Source: Candidatus Azambacteria bacterium (GTDB lineage Bacteria; Patescibacteriota; Minisyncoccia; UBA10092). Taken from it: a stretch of DNA of 64,000 bases. The stretch's first letter is position 1. Every line of letters begins with the position of its first letter. The notes beneath the pieces were generated by a model, which was given only the letters and a program-made list of their open reading frames with translations, did no database searches and was not told the origin of the DNA. Location: assembly GCA_003455995.1 (NCBI GenBank), contig DMPO01000001.1:14945-78944 (forward strand). Direction: 5' to 3'. This document shows, one piece after another, positions 35,545-45,671 of this stretch. Both the position numbers and the translations under genes were made by a program.

Positions 35545-37209
35545 GTGTGGAAAAAATTCAGCGCTTATGAAAAACTTTGGGCTGTTGCGTTTTGCGTTGC
35601 CGCGATTCTATCGCTGATGCTTTTGTTCAATAATTTCTACCGCGGCCGCACCAGCGAAGTCCCCACTTCGGAAGGCGCTTTCGTCGAAGCGGCGCCGGAG
35701 TCGCCCCATAACTTAAATCCCCTTTTATCGGTTAATGATTCCGACCGGGACTTGTCGCGTTTAATTTTTTCTTCGCTCCTAAAATACAACGAAAAAAATG
35801 AATTAACGCCCGATTTGGCGGAAAGTTATGAAATTTCCAAAGATGGCAAGACTTATACAATAAAATTGAGAAATAACATTTTTTGGCATGATGGAGAGCA
35901 ATTCAGCGCCAGTGATGTGGTATTTACTGTTAACGCCGCTCAAAATCCCGAATATAACAGCCCCTTGAGAACCGGTTGGCAAAGCGTCAAAGCCGAGGCA
36001 ACCGACGCAAATACGGTAGTATTAACTTTAAAAACCCCATATAGCGCCTTTGCCGAAAATTTAGCACTTTTGGGAATTTTGCCAAAACATATTTGGGAAA
36101 AAGTTGTGCCTCAAAATTTTCCGCTGGCCAATTTCAATTTCAAACCCGTTGGCACCGGTCCGTATCGCTTCGTAAAATTGCAAAAAGACGCGCTGGGCAG
36201 AATTATATCGGTCACTTTAATCGCCAACTCAAATTATTTCTCTTCGGTTCCATTCATAAAAAATTTTATTTTCAAATTTTATTTATCCGAAGAAGAAGCG
36301 GTTTCGGCTTTTAACAGAAAGGAGGCCGACGGACTATTGCTCCAGACGGCGCAAAACAAGAATCAATTGCGCGGTTTGCAAAATTCTTCCGTTTTTTCCC
36401 TGCCTTCTTTAAGGGTCTATGGTTTGTTTCTCAATACCAACGACCCATTGCTGGGAGCGAGGTATATTAGAGAAGCCATTAGTTATGCTGTTGACCGTAA
36501 AGAAATTTTAAGTAAATTATTTTCCGACGAGGGTAAAATAGCCGCGGGCCCCATTCCTCCGGCGGCGCTCGGCTCCAGCCCGGATATTGCGGGTTATTCT
36601 TATGACCCCAAAAAAACCGCGAAAATCTTAGAAAAAAACAAGTGGATAAAAAATGAAGAAGGAGTTTACGAAAAAAAGATAGGCAAAAATAAAGAGGCCT
36701 CACCATTGAAGTTTACTATCATTACCGCCAAATCAATGGAACTGCCGGCAACGCTAATCCGCGATTATTTGAAAAATGTCGGTATAGAAGCGGACTTGAA
36801 AATTCTTGGATTGAGAGAAATTCAACAGGACTATCTCCGAACTAAAAATTACAACGCTATTTTAATCGGCGAGTCCTACACCGATTCTGTCGATCCTTAT
36901 GTATTCTGGCACGGAACGGCCATAAAAGAACCCGGGCTCAATTTATCTTTATATGCCAACAAAAGCGTGAATAAAATTTTGGAGGACGCACGCCAAATAA
37001 CCGATTCCGTAAAGCGCGCGAAGAAACTTGAAGAATTTCAAAAACTAATTTTGAAGGACGCGCCGGCGGTTTTTCTTTATTCGCCCAATTATATTTATGT
37101 TGTCAATAATGCGGTTAGAAATATAAAACTGGATAGTTTGGTCATCCCGTCATATCGCTTTTCAAAAGTTAACGAATGGTATGTGGAAACGAAAAGAATA
37201 TGGAAATGA
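35545..37209 (+). CDS. ABC transporter substrate-binding protein, family 5 (oligopeptide/nickel type)
   Basis: N-terminal TM/signal segment, SBP_bac_5-like pattern (...LTPDLAESYEIS.DGKTYTIKLR...); 554 aa. Confidence 0.75.
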   Translation: MWKKFSAYEKLWAVAFCVAAILSLMLLFNNFYRGRTSEVPTSEGAFVEAAPESPHNLNPLLSVNDSDRDLSRLIFSSLLKYNEKNELTPDLAESYEISKDGKTYTIKLRNNIFWHDGEQFSASDVVFTVNAAQNPEYNSPLRTGWQSVKAEATDANTVVLTLKTPYSAFAENLALLGILPKHIWEKVVPQNFPLANFNFKPVGTGPYRFVKLQKDALGRIISVTLIANSNYFSSVPFIKNFIFKFYLSEEEAVSAFNRKEADGLLLQTAQNKNQLRGLQNSSVFSLPSLRVYGLFLNTNDPLLGARYIREAISYAVDRKEILSKLFSDEGKIAAGPIPPAALGSSPDIAGYSYDPKKTAKILEKNKWIKNEEGVYEKKIGKNKEASPLKFTIITAKSMELPATLIRDYLKNVGIEADLKILGLREIQQDYLRTKNYNAILIGESYTDSVDPYVFWHGTAIKEPGLNLSLYANKSVNKILEDARQITDSVKRAKKLEEFQKLILKDAPAVFLYSPNYIYVVNNAVRNIKLDSLVIPSYRFSKVNEWYVETKRIWK

Positions 37210-37922
37210 TGAATCTTCAGGAAATATTGGGATTGCCGATTTTGTTGGATAAACAAAAATTGGATTTAATTTTTGACGGCGATTTCGCGCCTATGAAAAA
37301 ATTTGAGCGAGAGTTGAATGAATTAAATCCTTTTCTCCGAGATTCCGACTCTCAAAGTGGCCCCGATCCAGTTTATTATGTTTGGCGCGGCGTTTATTTA
37401 AAAAACGATAAAGAAAAAATGAAAAATTCCGGCTTGCGTTTGGATTTAACGCTCATGCCGCCGGGCAAGATCGGCAATGAGTTTGTAAAAACCGCCGGCC
37501 ATTATCATTTGCAATATCCGGAAATGTATTTTATTTTATGCGGCCGAGCGCATATTTTAACGCAGTTGTATAAAAAAAATCCAAAAATTATAGAAATTGT
37601 TCATTTAACAGAAGCAAGCGCCGGAGAGCAGGTTTTTATTCCTCGAGGATTCGGCCATAATACCATTAATGTTTTTGACAAACCGCTTGTGTTCGCGACT
37701 TTAGCGGATGAAAAATTGGAAGACGATTACGAATCATATAAAAACAATCGCGGCGCTTCTTATTATTTTTTGACTAAAAATGGCCAAGTTGATATTGTTA
37801 AAAATCCGAATTATGATTCGATTCCGGAGTTAAAGAAAACCCCCGCCGAAAAAGCAAGCGCGGGCGCGTGGCGGAACTGGAATACGCGTACGCTTCAGGA
37901 GCGTATGGACGAAAGTCATTGA
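37200..37922 (+). CDS. Cupin-type glucose-6-phosphate isomerase-like protein
   Basis: PPGKIGNEFVKTAGHYH and ...EQVFIPRGFGHNTIN... resemble archaeal-type cupin PGI metal-binding motifs. The last ~60 nt of the ORF overlap tRNA-Leu, so the C-terminal extent is doubtful. Confidence 0.45.
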   Translation: MEMMNLQEILGLPILLDKQKLDLIFDGDFAPMKKFERELNELNPFLRDSDSQSGPDPVYYVWRGVYLKNDKEKMKNSGLRLDLTLMPPGKIGNEFVKTAGHYHLQYPEMYFILCGRAHILTQLYKKNPKIIEIVHLTEASAGEQVFIPRGFGHNTINVFDKPLVFATLADEKLEDDYESYKNNRGASYYFLTKNGQVDIVKNPNYDSIPELKKTPAEKASAGAWRNWNTRTLQERMDESH

Positions 37923-37945
37923 GGGTTCGACTCCCTCCGCGCCCA
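37862..37945 (+). tRNA. tRNA-Leu (anticodon CAG), long variable arm
   Basis: GGGCGCGTGGCGGAACTGGAATACGCGTACGCTTCAGGAGCGTATGGACGAAAGTCATTGAGGGTTCGACTCCCTCCGCGCCCA. D-arm TGGCGGAA.TGG.A.ACGC is typical of tRNA-Leu; anticodon loop TTCAGGA. Confidence 0.8.
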
Positions 37946-37974
37946 TAAAATTAGGCATAAAAAATAAAAAACAA

Positions 37975-39705
37975 ATGTTAAAACAAAGAATTGCGCCGCC
38001 CGCAGTGGCGGCGCCGACAAAACCCCATGCTAATAAAGAAAAATTAAGGATTATTCCTCTGGGAGGACAGGAAGAAGTGGGCCGCAATATGACCGTTTTT
38101 GAGTATGGAGAGAATATTGTGATTCTTGATATGGGGCTCCAATTTCCGGAAGAAGACATGCCCGGAATCGACTACATTATTCCCGACACTCATTATCTAA
38201 AAGGAAAAGAGAAAAATATTAAGGCGGTAATTTTAAGCCACGGCCACCTTGATCATATTGGCGCCGCCCCCCATATTTTACCGCTTCTCAATTGGCCTCC
38301 GGTCTTTGCAGGCAAACTTACGTTGAATCTTTTAAAAAGACGACTGGAAGAATCTAATTTGCTTAAATATTTAAAGGCAAAAGAAATTCAATCGACCGAC
38401 GAAACATTAATTTTCGGACAAATGAAGATCGGATTTTTTGAGGTCACTCATAGTATAATGGATGCCTTGGGCATTATTATCCAAACTCCTGTCGCCAATG
38501 TTTTAGATCTTGGCGACTGGCGATATGATCTTGATCCGGTAAGCGGATCTAAAACGGATTTTTCCCATCTTGCCAAATGGAATACCGAAACCATCCCCTC
38601 TATTCTTATGATGGAAAGTTTAGGCGCTACAAAAGAGGGCTCTCAACTTTCAGAACGGGAAGTCTTAAACAATATGCGCAATATTATCGTCAAAGCTCCG
38701 GGCCGCATAATCGTGGGCACTTTTTCATCTATGATTGAAAGAGTGGGGCAACTTATCAGCATTGCCGAGGAACTCGGAAAAAAGGTGGCGCTCGACGGTT
38801 ATTCAATGAAAACTAATATGGAAATAGCCAAAGAAATCGGCTATCTTAAATTTAACCCTTCCACTCTTATTGATGTTAAAAATATCCATGACTATCCAAA
38901 ACAAAAAATTATGGTTATATGTACCGGCGCGCAGGGCGAAGATCGCGCAGTATTGATGCGGATCGCCAATGGCGAACACAAATCGGTAAAAATTGAAAAA
39001 TCCGATACGATTATTTTCGATTCTTCTATTATTCCGGGCAACGAGCGCACCATTCAACGGCTTAAAGATACGCTCTATCGCCAAGGCGCCGATGTAATTC
39101 ATAAAGAAATCATGGAAGTGCATAGCGGAGGTCATGCGTTTATTGAAGATATCAAACTTCTAATCAATCAGGTGAAACCCCGCTATTTATTGCCGATTTA
39201 TGCCAATCATTATTTACTGCGAGAAGCGGCTAAAGTAGCCGAGACAATTAGCTTTCCTAAAGAAAATATTTTTGTTCTTGATAATGGCAATGTCGCGGAA
39301 TTGGACGGACAAAATTTAAAAGTACTAAAGGAAAAAATTCCAATTGATTATGTTTTTGTTGACGGTTTGGGCGTGGGTGACATCGGAGAAGTGGTTTTGC
39401 GCGACCGGCAATTAATGTCAGCCGATGGGATGTTTGTTATTATCGCCGTTGTTGACAGCCAGACCGGAAAAGTTAAAGGCGAACCGGATGTTATTTCGCG
39501 CGGATTCATCTATATGAAAGAGTCCAAGGACTTATTGCGGCAAACCCGCAAAAAAATAAAAGAAACTATCGCCAAAAGCGCCATTCCCAACTCCGAGATC
39601 AATTGGGTTTATATCAGAAATAACCTGCGGGATAATATCGGCAAGTTTTTGTACACAAAAACTCGCCGCCGCCCGATGATATTGCCTGTTATCGTAGAAA
39701 TATAA
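37975..39705 (+). CDS. rnj: Ribonuclease J (beta-CASP metallo-beta-lactamase)
   Basis: HGHLDHIGA motif, beta-CASP and C-terminal domains; 576 aa. Confidence 0.9.
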   Translation: MLKQRIAPPAVAAPTKPHANKEKLRIIPLGGQEEVGRNMTVFEYGENIVILDMGLQFPEEDMPGIDYIIPDTHYLKGKEKNIKAVILSHGHLDHIGAAPHILPLLNWPPVFAGKLTLNLLKRRLEESNLLKYLKAKEIQSTDETLIFGQMKIGFFEVTHSIMDALGIIIQTPVANVLDLGDWRYDLDPVSGSKTDFSHLAKWNTETIPSILMMESLGATKEGSQLSEREVLNNMRNIIVKAPGRIIVGTFSSMIERVGQLISIAEELGKKVALDGYSMKTNMEIAKEIGYLKFNPSTLIDVKNIHDYPKQKIMVICTGAQGEDRAVLMRIANGEHKSVKIEKSDTIIFDSSIIPGNERTIQRLKDTLYRQGADVIHKEIMEVHSGGHAFIEDIKLLINQVKPRYLLPIYANHYLLREAAKVAETISFPKENIFVLDNGNVAELDGQNLKVLKEKIPIDYVFVDGLGVGDIGEVVLRDRQLMSADGMFVIIAVVDSQTGKVKGEPDVISRGFIYMKESKDLLRQTRKKIKETIAKSAIPNSEINWVYIRNNLRDNIGKFLYTKTRRRPMILPVIVEI

Positions 39706-39717
39706 TAAAATAAAATC

Positions 39718-40704
39718 ATGAGAATACTATCCGGGATACAGCCATCGGGAGAACTCCATATAGGCAACTATTTGGGAGCGATAAAAAATTGGATCAAACT
39801 GCAAAACGAAAAAAATGAGTGTTGGTTTTTTGTTGCCGATTACCACTCTCTGACCGAGAACTACAACCCCAAAGAGAAATCGAAGGAAATTTTAAATTTG
39901 GCAACCGATTTATTGGCGCTGGGTTTAGACCCCAAAAAATCCACAATTTTTCAGCAATCGCAAATTGAAAGCCACGCGAATTTGGCCTGGATTTTTAATA
40001 CATTGGTCAGAATGTCCGAACTGGAACGAATGACCCAATATAAAGACAAGGCGTCAATTCAAAAAGAAAATGTCAACATCGGGCTTTTCGGCTATCCGAT
40101 TTTGATGGCGGCGGATATTTTGATTTACAAAGCCGACGCCGTGCCCGTTGGCGAAGACCAAATCCAGCATTTGGAATTGACCCGCGATATCGCCCATCGT
40201 TTCAACGAAAAATTCGGCCAGACATTTCCCGAACCGAAATCGCTTTTGACCGAAACGCCGCGAATTATGAGTTTGCTGGATCCGACCAAAAAAATGTCTA
40301 AATCGGGCGGAGAAAAATCGTATATCGCGCTTACCGATTTTCCGGAAATTATTCAAGAAAAAATAAAATCCGCGGTCAGCGATACCGGAGGCGGCAAAGA
40401 TAAAAGAGGCGGAGAGAATTTGTTGGAAATTTTTAACGCCTTCGCGGAAACAAAAAACGGGCAATCGGAATATTCAAACTATAAAAGATACCATGAAGAA
40501 GGAACGCTGAAATACGCCGAATTCAAGCCGGCGCTCGCCGAACTAATCTCTAATTATTTCGCCGACTATCGCGCCAAACGCGCCGAACTTTTAGAAAATC
40601 CCGACTTTGTCAAAAATGTCTTAACCGAAGGCAATAAAAAGACCTCTGCCATAGCGGAGGCAACCCTTCAAGAAGTTAAGCAAAAACTCGGCTTGATTAT
40701 TTAG
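39718..40704 (+). CDS. trpS: Tryptophan--tRNA ligase
   Basis: SGIQPSGELHIGNYLGA (HIGH motif) and KMSKS. Confidence 0.93.
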   Translation: MRILSGIQPSGELHIGNYLGAIKNWIKLQNEKNECWFFVADYHSLTENYNPKEKSKEILNLATDLLALGLDPKKSTIFQQSQIESHANLAWIFNTLVRMSELERMTQYKDKASIQKENVNIGLFGYPILMAADILIYKADAVPVGEDQIQHLELTRDIAHRFNEKFGQTFPEPKSLLTETPRIMSLLDPTKKMSKSGGEKSYIALTDFPEIIQEKIKSAVSDTGGGKDKRGGENLLEIFNAFAETKNGQSEYSNYKRYHEEGTLKYAEFKPALAELISNYFADYRAKRAELLENPDFVKNVLTEGNKKTSAIAEATLQEVKQKLGLII

Positions 40705-40722
40705 TGTTTAAATATTTTTTTA

Positions 40723-40758
40723 TTTACACTATCCCAACGATCGCATTTATAGTATAAA
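40723..40758. terminator. ACGATCG-centred palindrome between convergent trpS and the phosphohexomutase gene (family copy 3)
   Basis: TTTACACTATCCCAACGATCGCATTTATAGTATAAA: an imperfect palindrome centred on CGATCG with flanking A/T runs. Confidence 0.45.
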
Positions 40759-40760
40759 TT

Positions 40761-42011
40761 TTATTTATTTTTTATCAGATTAACTAAATTATCTTTTACT
40801 CGGTTCAAAACCATTTCATTGGTGGCCTCTATATTGAGGCGGAGCAATGGTTCGGTGTTTGAAGAACGCAGGTTCAGCCAGAAATCCGGAGTTTTAACGG
40901 TTAATCCATCCAACCAATCAATATCATAGCCCTCAAAATTTTTAGCGACTTTTTTTATCACTTCTTCCGGATTATCAACGGGGAAATTCATCTCCGGAAT
41001 GGAAATATATTTATTAAATTCCGATGTCAAAACCGATAAATTTTTATTTTCGTTACTTAAGATATCAAGCATTGTTAGAAAGCTAATAATTCCCGAATCG
41101 GCGTAAAAGTTTTTTTTGAAATAATAATGACCCGAGGCCTCAATGCCAAAAAGCCCGCCCACTTCTTTCAGTCGCCTTTCAATGAAGGAATGCCCCGCCC
41201 TTTCACGGATTCCTTCGCCGCCGCAGGCGGCGATGGTGTCGGAAACAATTTTACCCGTCGTCGCGCTGTAAATAATTTTTCCGTTATGATTTTTCTTTAA
41301 AAAATATTTTGCCATCAGCGCGCCAATAATTGATGGATTTATTGCCACCCCCCTTTCGTCCGTAAAATTGATTCGATCGCCGTCGCTGTCAAAAGCGCAG
41401 CCAAAAGCATAATTTTCGGCGTTTATTTCCACCGGCAGTTTTTCAAGAACCGATTTGAAAATTTTTCCGACGGCATCCGATTTCATATCAACAGCAATTT
41501 TCATCGGTCTTATTTTTTCCATATCAACGGCTCCCAAAACATGTTTGACATATTCATCCTTTATATCTTCCACGATGATTTTTCCTTTTTCTCGCGAAAC
41601 GCCCGACTTTTCTTCATTGATTATTATTTCCAGATCTTTGGCGGGAAAAAAATCAACGGCGCTTTTCATTAATTTGAAACCGTTCCACTCATTTGAATTG
41701 TGAGAGGCCGTAATCATAACGGCGGGAAGATTAAAATGCCCCGAAGCGAAATAAACCATATCAACCGTGGCAAGGCCGATGTCCAAAATATTAATTCCCT
41801 CGCTTACCGCCCCTTCTATAAACGATTCTTTTAAAATTGGCGAAGAAGCTCGTGAATCGTGTCCGACAACCATTTTTGAAGACGCGATATTATTTTCTTT
41901 CAAATACACGGCAAAAGCGCGCCCGATTTCATGGGCAGTTTCTTCATTTAGATCGCTCGGATAAATCCCGCGAATATCGTAAGCCCTAAAAATTGACGGA
42001 TTGATAAACAT
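40761..42011 (-). CDS. Phosphohexomutase (phosphomannomutase / phosphoglucomutase / phosphoglucosamine mutase family)
   Basis: Active-site TASHNSNEWNGFK (catalytic Ser) and the metal-binding FDSDGDR-type loop (AFDSDGDR). Confidence 0.88.
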   Translation of the reverse strand: MFINPSIFRAYDIRGIYPSDLNEETAHEIGRAFAVYLKENNIASSKMVVGHDSRASSPILKESFIEGAVSEGINILDIGLATVDMVYFASGHFNLPAVMITASHNSNEWNGFKLMKSAVDFFPAKDLEIIINEEKSGVSREKGKIIVEDIKDEYVKHVLGAVDMEKIRPMKIAVDMKSDAVGKIFKSVLEKLPVEINAENYAFGCAFDSDGDRINFTDERGVAINPSIIGALMAKYFLKKNHNGKIIYSATTGKIVSDTIAACGGEGIRERAGHSFIERRLKEVGGLFGIEASGHYYFKKNFYADSGIISFLTMLDILSNENKNLSVLTSEFNKYISIPEMNFPVDNPEEVIKKVAKNFEGYDIDWLDGLTVKTPDFWLNLRSSNTEPLLRLNIEATNEMVLNRVKDNLVNLIKNK

Positions 42012-42237
42012 GAACTTACTATTAAGTATAACACATTTTCATGTCTCTTAAGATAGGTATAGTTGGGATACAATCAGACATGATACCAGTGGCTCAAGCG
42101 TTAAATTAATACCTTTTGTTTTCATTATAAAACTACCGCCCCCGATGCAGAGAGGAGTAGATTATGGCTTTAGACCGGCTAAAATGGCCCCTACAAGCCC
42201 GCTTCAAGCTTCTGCCTGATGAATGACATTAGAATAA

Positions 42238-42702
42238 ATGCGTTATAATATTTTTATGCGCACACCAGAAGAAATTGATTATGAACTATTAGATAAGTGC
42301 CTCATTTCCGAGGATGCGAGAGCCCCCTTATCAAGGGCTTTGTCTTATTTGCCAAATGTTGTCATTGATTTTGTGATTGAAAATTGTGTTTTTATTTCTC
42401 CGGGTAAGGATGACAGAGGAATATATATAGCAACTGGTGATTTTCGTCTTAAACAAAAACAGTGCTTAATTATCTTGCCTAACATGCTTTGGTCCAAAAA
42501 CAGAAAAACCATAGCATTTGTTGTTGCCCATGAGGTCGCACACGCATATAAAAAACATGGATTTAAAAGCTTCGAAGACTCGGATCTTGTTCTTAATGGC
42601 AAAAGGGAAAGGGACGCCGACAAGCAGGCCATTCTATGGTTGCGCCCTCATTTTACGGGGTCATTCAAAGAATGTATGTATAAGAGTTGGCAACTATCGT
42701 AG
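42238..42702 (+). CDS. Putative zinc metallopeptidase (HExxH motif), hypothetical
   Basis: The sole recognisable motif is VAHEVAHAYKKHG; 154 aa. Confidence 0.35.
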   Translation: MRYNIFMRTPEEIDYELLDKCLISEDARAPLSRALSYLPNVVIDFVIENCVFISPGKDDRGIYIATGDFRLKQKQCLIILPNMLWSKNRKTIAFVVAHEVAHAYKKHGFKSFEDSDLVLNGKRERDADKQAILWLRPHFTGSFKECMYKSWQLS

Positions 42703-42720
42703 ACAAAGAAAAAATATTAT

Positions 42721-43362
42721 TTATTCAAGCGCAAACTCCTCCTTATCAGCATTCCACACATAATGATATATATGTGATGATTCCGAGCAATCCTTATCAC
42801 TCCCGTCTTTTGCGACGGAACAAATTTTCTCGGTGGTTTTAATATCCACCGCTGAATCATCCGGGTAACCCTCATTCATTATGTCTGTTCTCCCATATTC
42901 GTTTTTACCACTCTCACCGGGCACCCCAAGAGTTCGTGATTGATAAGACATTACCATTTTCATTTCTCCTGACCTTCCCAAGACATACCATTCGTCATTA
43001 TCAATTTGCATTCCAGTCCCCCAAGTTACCATTTTTGTAACAACAAGCCAGTCGTGTTTGCTACCCTTAATAATACGATAATCGGGTGTCCCACGAGCTG
43101 GATTTGTGATTGAAAGCGTAGTTACAATTTCGCCTGTTTTATTATCTAGAAAAATAAAATTCCTACTATTAAAGTATTCATTTGTAAGAATTTTTAGTTC
43201 CCATTCGTCAAAACTTGGCATCAGCCTCGCTATTTCGAACTCTTCTATTTCCAGTTTTACTGTTGTAGACGCCGGCATGGGTTGATGCGTAGAATACCAA
43301 AAATAAAAGAACCCCACGAAAAAGATGGCCATTATAGAGATGTAAAGTATTTTATTTTTCAT
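42721..43362 (-). CDS. Hypothetical secreted/membrane-anchored protein
   Basis: An N-terminal TM/signal segment is followed by a beta-rich region with no recognisable motif. Confidence 0.4.
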   Translation of the reverse strand: MKNKILYISIMAIFFVGFFYFWYSTHQPMPASTTVKLEIEEFEIARLMPSFDEWELKILTNEYFNSRNFIFLDNKTGEIVTTLSITNPARGTPDYRIIKGSKHDWLVVTKMVTWGTGMQIDNDEWYVLGRSGEMKMVMSYQSRTLGVPGESGKNEYGRTDIMNEGYPDDSAVDIKTTEKICSVAKDGSDKDCSESSHIYHYVWNADKEEFALE

Positions 43363-43399
43363 AGTTTAATTTACTTATCACAACTCTTTAATTTTTGTT

Positions 43400-44722
43400 T
43401 TATTGCAAAACTCCCCACCTTAATATTCTCCCTATACTCTCTATTTCACCTACCATAGAGGAGGTCGGTATACCAAAATAACAATCGCTTTTTGTAAGTA
43501 TCGCAGCTCCACCAGAATTACCGTGATCGATTTTTGCATCTGTAAGGTAATAATTCCCATCTATGCCCGAAATAATTCCTTTGGTAGCCGTAATGCTTCT
43601 CTGAGAGCCAATAGCGGGGTAACCTAAAACCAAGATATCATCTCCAATACCAACATCACTTAAGTCGCATATTTTAGGATTTTTAGGTGTGAATTTAGAA
43701 AAGAAGGGGTCTTCCGAAAGCAATGTAATCCACCCTATGTCTTGCGAATATTCTTTGGTAGCAAAATGTATATTTTCTCTCTCAACTATAAAGTCTTTTC
43801 CTGCAGAAAGAAACAAGATTCCACAATATGTGGGACGATATTCTTCTTCATCAGCCAAGACATGTTTATTTGTTAAAATGTTAAAACCGATTGTATCGAA
43901 ATTAAACAATGTTCCCGATCCCATGACCGTTCTGTAAAGTTGTCCTGTATCAGCATTTTTCCAAAAACATCTAACAAAAACTACTCTAGGGCTCCATTCT
44001 GCGATTATTTGAGCCGTTGTAGGGTCTTTTTTAATAGGTGGTGGGGTTTCCAAACTTTCTATCTGACTTTTAAAAGCATCTATTTCGTCTTGCTGATTAT
44101 TTTTTGATACTGGTGTTGGCGGAGAATCGCAATAAGCATCACTTTTACCATTTGTGGGGCATATAAGCGACTGCCCTGTTTCACACTTTTTCCAATAGTA
44201 GCCATTACAAAAAATATCGCTTAAATCTAAACCCGTACCTTTTGTTGCGAATTTTTGCGTAGTTGGCGTTGTTGGTGGAATATAATTCGGGACATTTATT
44301 ATAAAAGTGATTATCGAGGCAATTAAAAATGCAATTGCCCAAGTTATTTTTTGTTGTTTTTCACTCTTTTCCTTTCTGATTATTGAAAAGATATATGCGA
44401 CAAGCCTTGATATTGTTAATCCTCCTATTGCCATTCCTAATAAACCAAAAAATGGAATCTTGCTGGAGCCAAAAAACAAAATAATATAGATCAATAATCC
44501 TATGCCCATTAAAAACCAAAAAGTTTTTGAGCCATAACCTTTTTCTTTTTGCGTCTCTACAATTTTTTGCTTTAATGTTTCTAAATCTATGCGATAAAAA
44601 GTTTTCCTTATTATTGGCGGTACTGAAGTAGGCGTTGTCGAAAAAGCCACAATACTATGCCCACAGTTTTGACAAAATCCATCTCCTTCTTCTATTTTAC
44701 TTTCGCAATTTGAGCATTTCAT
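43400..44722 (-). CDS. Zinc-ribbon / TM / trypsin-like serine protease (S1 family) fusion protein
   Basis: N-terminal CxxC...CxxC zinc ribbon (CSNCESKIEEGDGFCQNCGH), two TM helices and a C-terminal trypsin-like domain with His (TNKHVLAD), Asp and Ser (DHGNSGGA). Confidence 0.55.
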   Translation of the reverse strand: MKCSNCESKIEEGDGFCQNCGHSIVAFSTTPTSVPPIIRKTFYRIDLETLKQKIVETQKEKGYGSKTFWFLMGIGLLIYIILFFGSSKIPFFGLLGMAIGGLTISRLVAYIFSIIRKEKSEKQQKITWAIAFLIASIITFIINVPNYIPPTTPTTQKFATKGTGLDLSDIFCNGYYWKKCETGQSLICPTNGKSDAYCDSPPTPVSKNNQQDEIDAFKSQIESLETPPPIKKDPTTAQIIAEWSPRVVFVRCFWKNADTGQLYRTVMGSGTLFNFDTIGFNILTNKHVLADEEEYRPTYCGILFLSAGKDFIVERENIHFATKEYSQDIGWITLLSEDPFFSKFTPKNPKICDLSDVGIGDDILVLGYPAIGSQRSITATKGIISGIDGNYYLTDAKIDHGNSGGAAILTKSDCYFGIPTSSMVGEIESIGRILRWGVLQ

Positions 44723-44734
44723 AGAATCGTATTC

Positions 44735-45250
44735 TTATTCAACTTCACGAAACGGTTTCCCACATGAGGAACAAAATTTTGTATCTTTCGTGTGCCTTAC
44801 CCCACAATGCCCGCAATATTTTATATTGTCATGCTGCATAGCCGTGTTTGTTGTCTTGTCTGGTTTAGCGGTAATTTTGATATTCTGATTATAAACACCC
44901 CCCACTCCCCCAACTTCCCTTGGATCAAGCCCATATTCGTTATTACCCCTAGTTCCGTCAGTGCAAGCCAGTATTAAGTTATAAATAGGGATAAGAAGGT
45001 ACCAACCGCTTTTATTAACATCGTGCATCCGGCGCACACCAACAGCAATAAGCGGAATCACAGTAGCTAACCAGTAGATGCCGTTTAAAAAATTCCAACC
45101 ATCTTCAGAATTGATATCGGCTATCTTTCCGATAATACTTAGCGCAAGAAGAATAAGGAAATTGAAAAGAAAAAACATCCAATATTCTTTTCTTCTCGCA
45201 CGCCCATCAAACACAGCATACTTTTTAAATACTTCAAAATAATAATTCAT
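44735..45250 (-). CDS. DUF805-family membrane protein with C-terminal zinc ribbon
   Basis: DUF805 hallmarks GRARRKEYW ... RRMHDVNKSGW, plus a C-terminal CGHCG...CSSCG. ATG 45248-45250 is preferred; the ORF-track start 45439 is GTG inside the upstream terminator hairpin. Confidence 0.55.
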   Translation of the reverse strand: MNYYFEVFKKYAVFDGRARRKEYWMFFLFNFLILLALSIIGKIADINSEDGWNFLNGIYWLATVIPLIAVGVRRMHDVNKSGWYLLIPIYNLILACTDGTRGNNEYGLDPREVGGVGGVYNQNIKITAKPDKTTNTAMQHDNIKYCGHCGVRHTKDTKFCSSCGKPFREVE

Positions 45251-45419
45251 TTTTTTAATTTGCCGTTCTTTAATTATAATTTTTTCCTCCTTAGTTTTAA
45301 TTTTTGTATCTATCGCATCAAGTAGACTGCCCTTACCAAGTAGTTGGTCACACAGTTTATCAAGCCAATCTTGTTTTTTATTTTCCATACTTTTTATTGA
45401 TAACCCCCCCAAATAAGTA

Positions 45420-45503
45420 AACAAAAAGCCCGTGTCCACTAGGTCTTGCGACCCAATATTTCTTTCGAAATATTGCCCATCGAAGAGTTGTAGAACACGG
45501 GTT
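45420..45503 (-). terminator. Long compound hairpin plus T-tract downstream of the 45672..46391 gene
   Basis: Outer stem ACCCGTGT/ACACGGGC encloses an inner AATATTTC-TTTC-GAAATATT hairpin, followed by TTTTTGTTT on the minus strand. Confidence 0.45.
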
Positions 45504-45671
45504 CTATATCTTCGATGGGTCTTTGTACCATGCCAGTATTGCTACTTGGTTTAGGCCACTTACTTATTAAATTTTATACTTATTACTATATTACAAATTT
45601 TTCTAAAAATCCAATAACAAATAAGCGGAGCTTGCTTCAGTTCTCAGTTAAGGTGTAGTGATTAAAAAAAC

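Noticed and set aside
42012-42237. Possible tRNA or att site in the intergenic region upstream of the HExxH gene
   Set aside because: No cloverleaf could be folded, and no repeat matching the ychF-proximal end of the island was found by eye.
45251-45439. N-terminal extension of the DUF805 gene
   Set aside because: The start at 45439 is GTG inside the upstream terminator hairpin. The DUF805 domain begins at the ATG at 45250.
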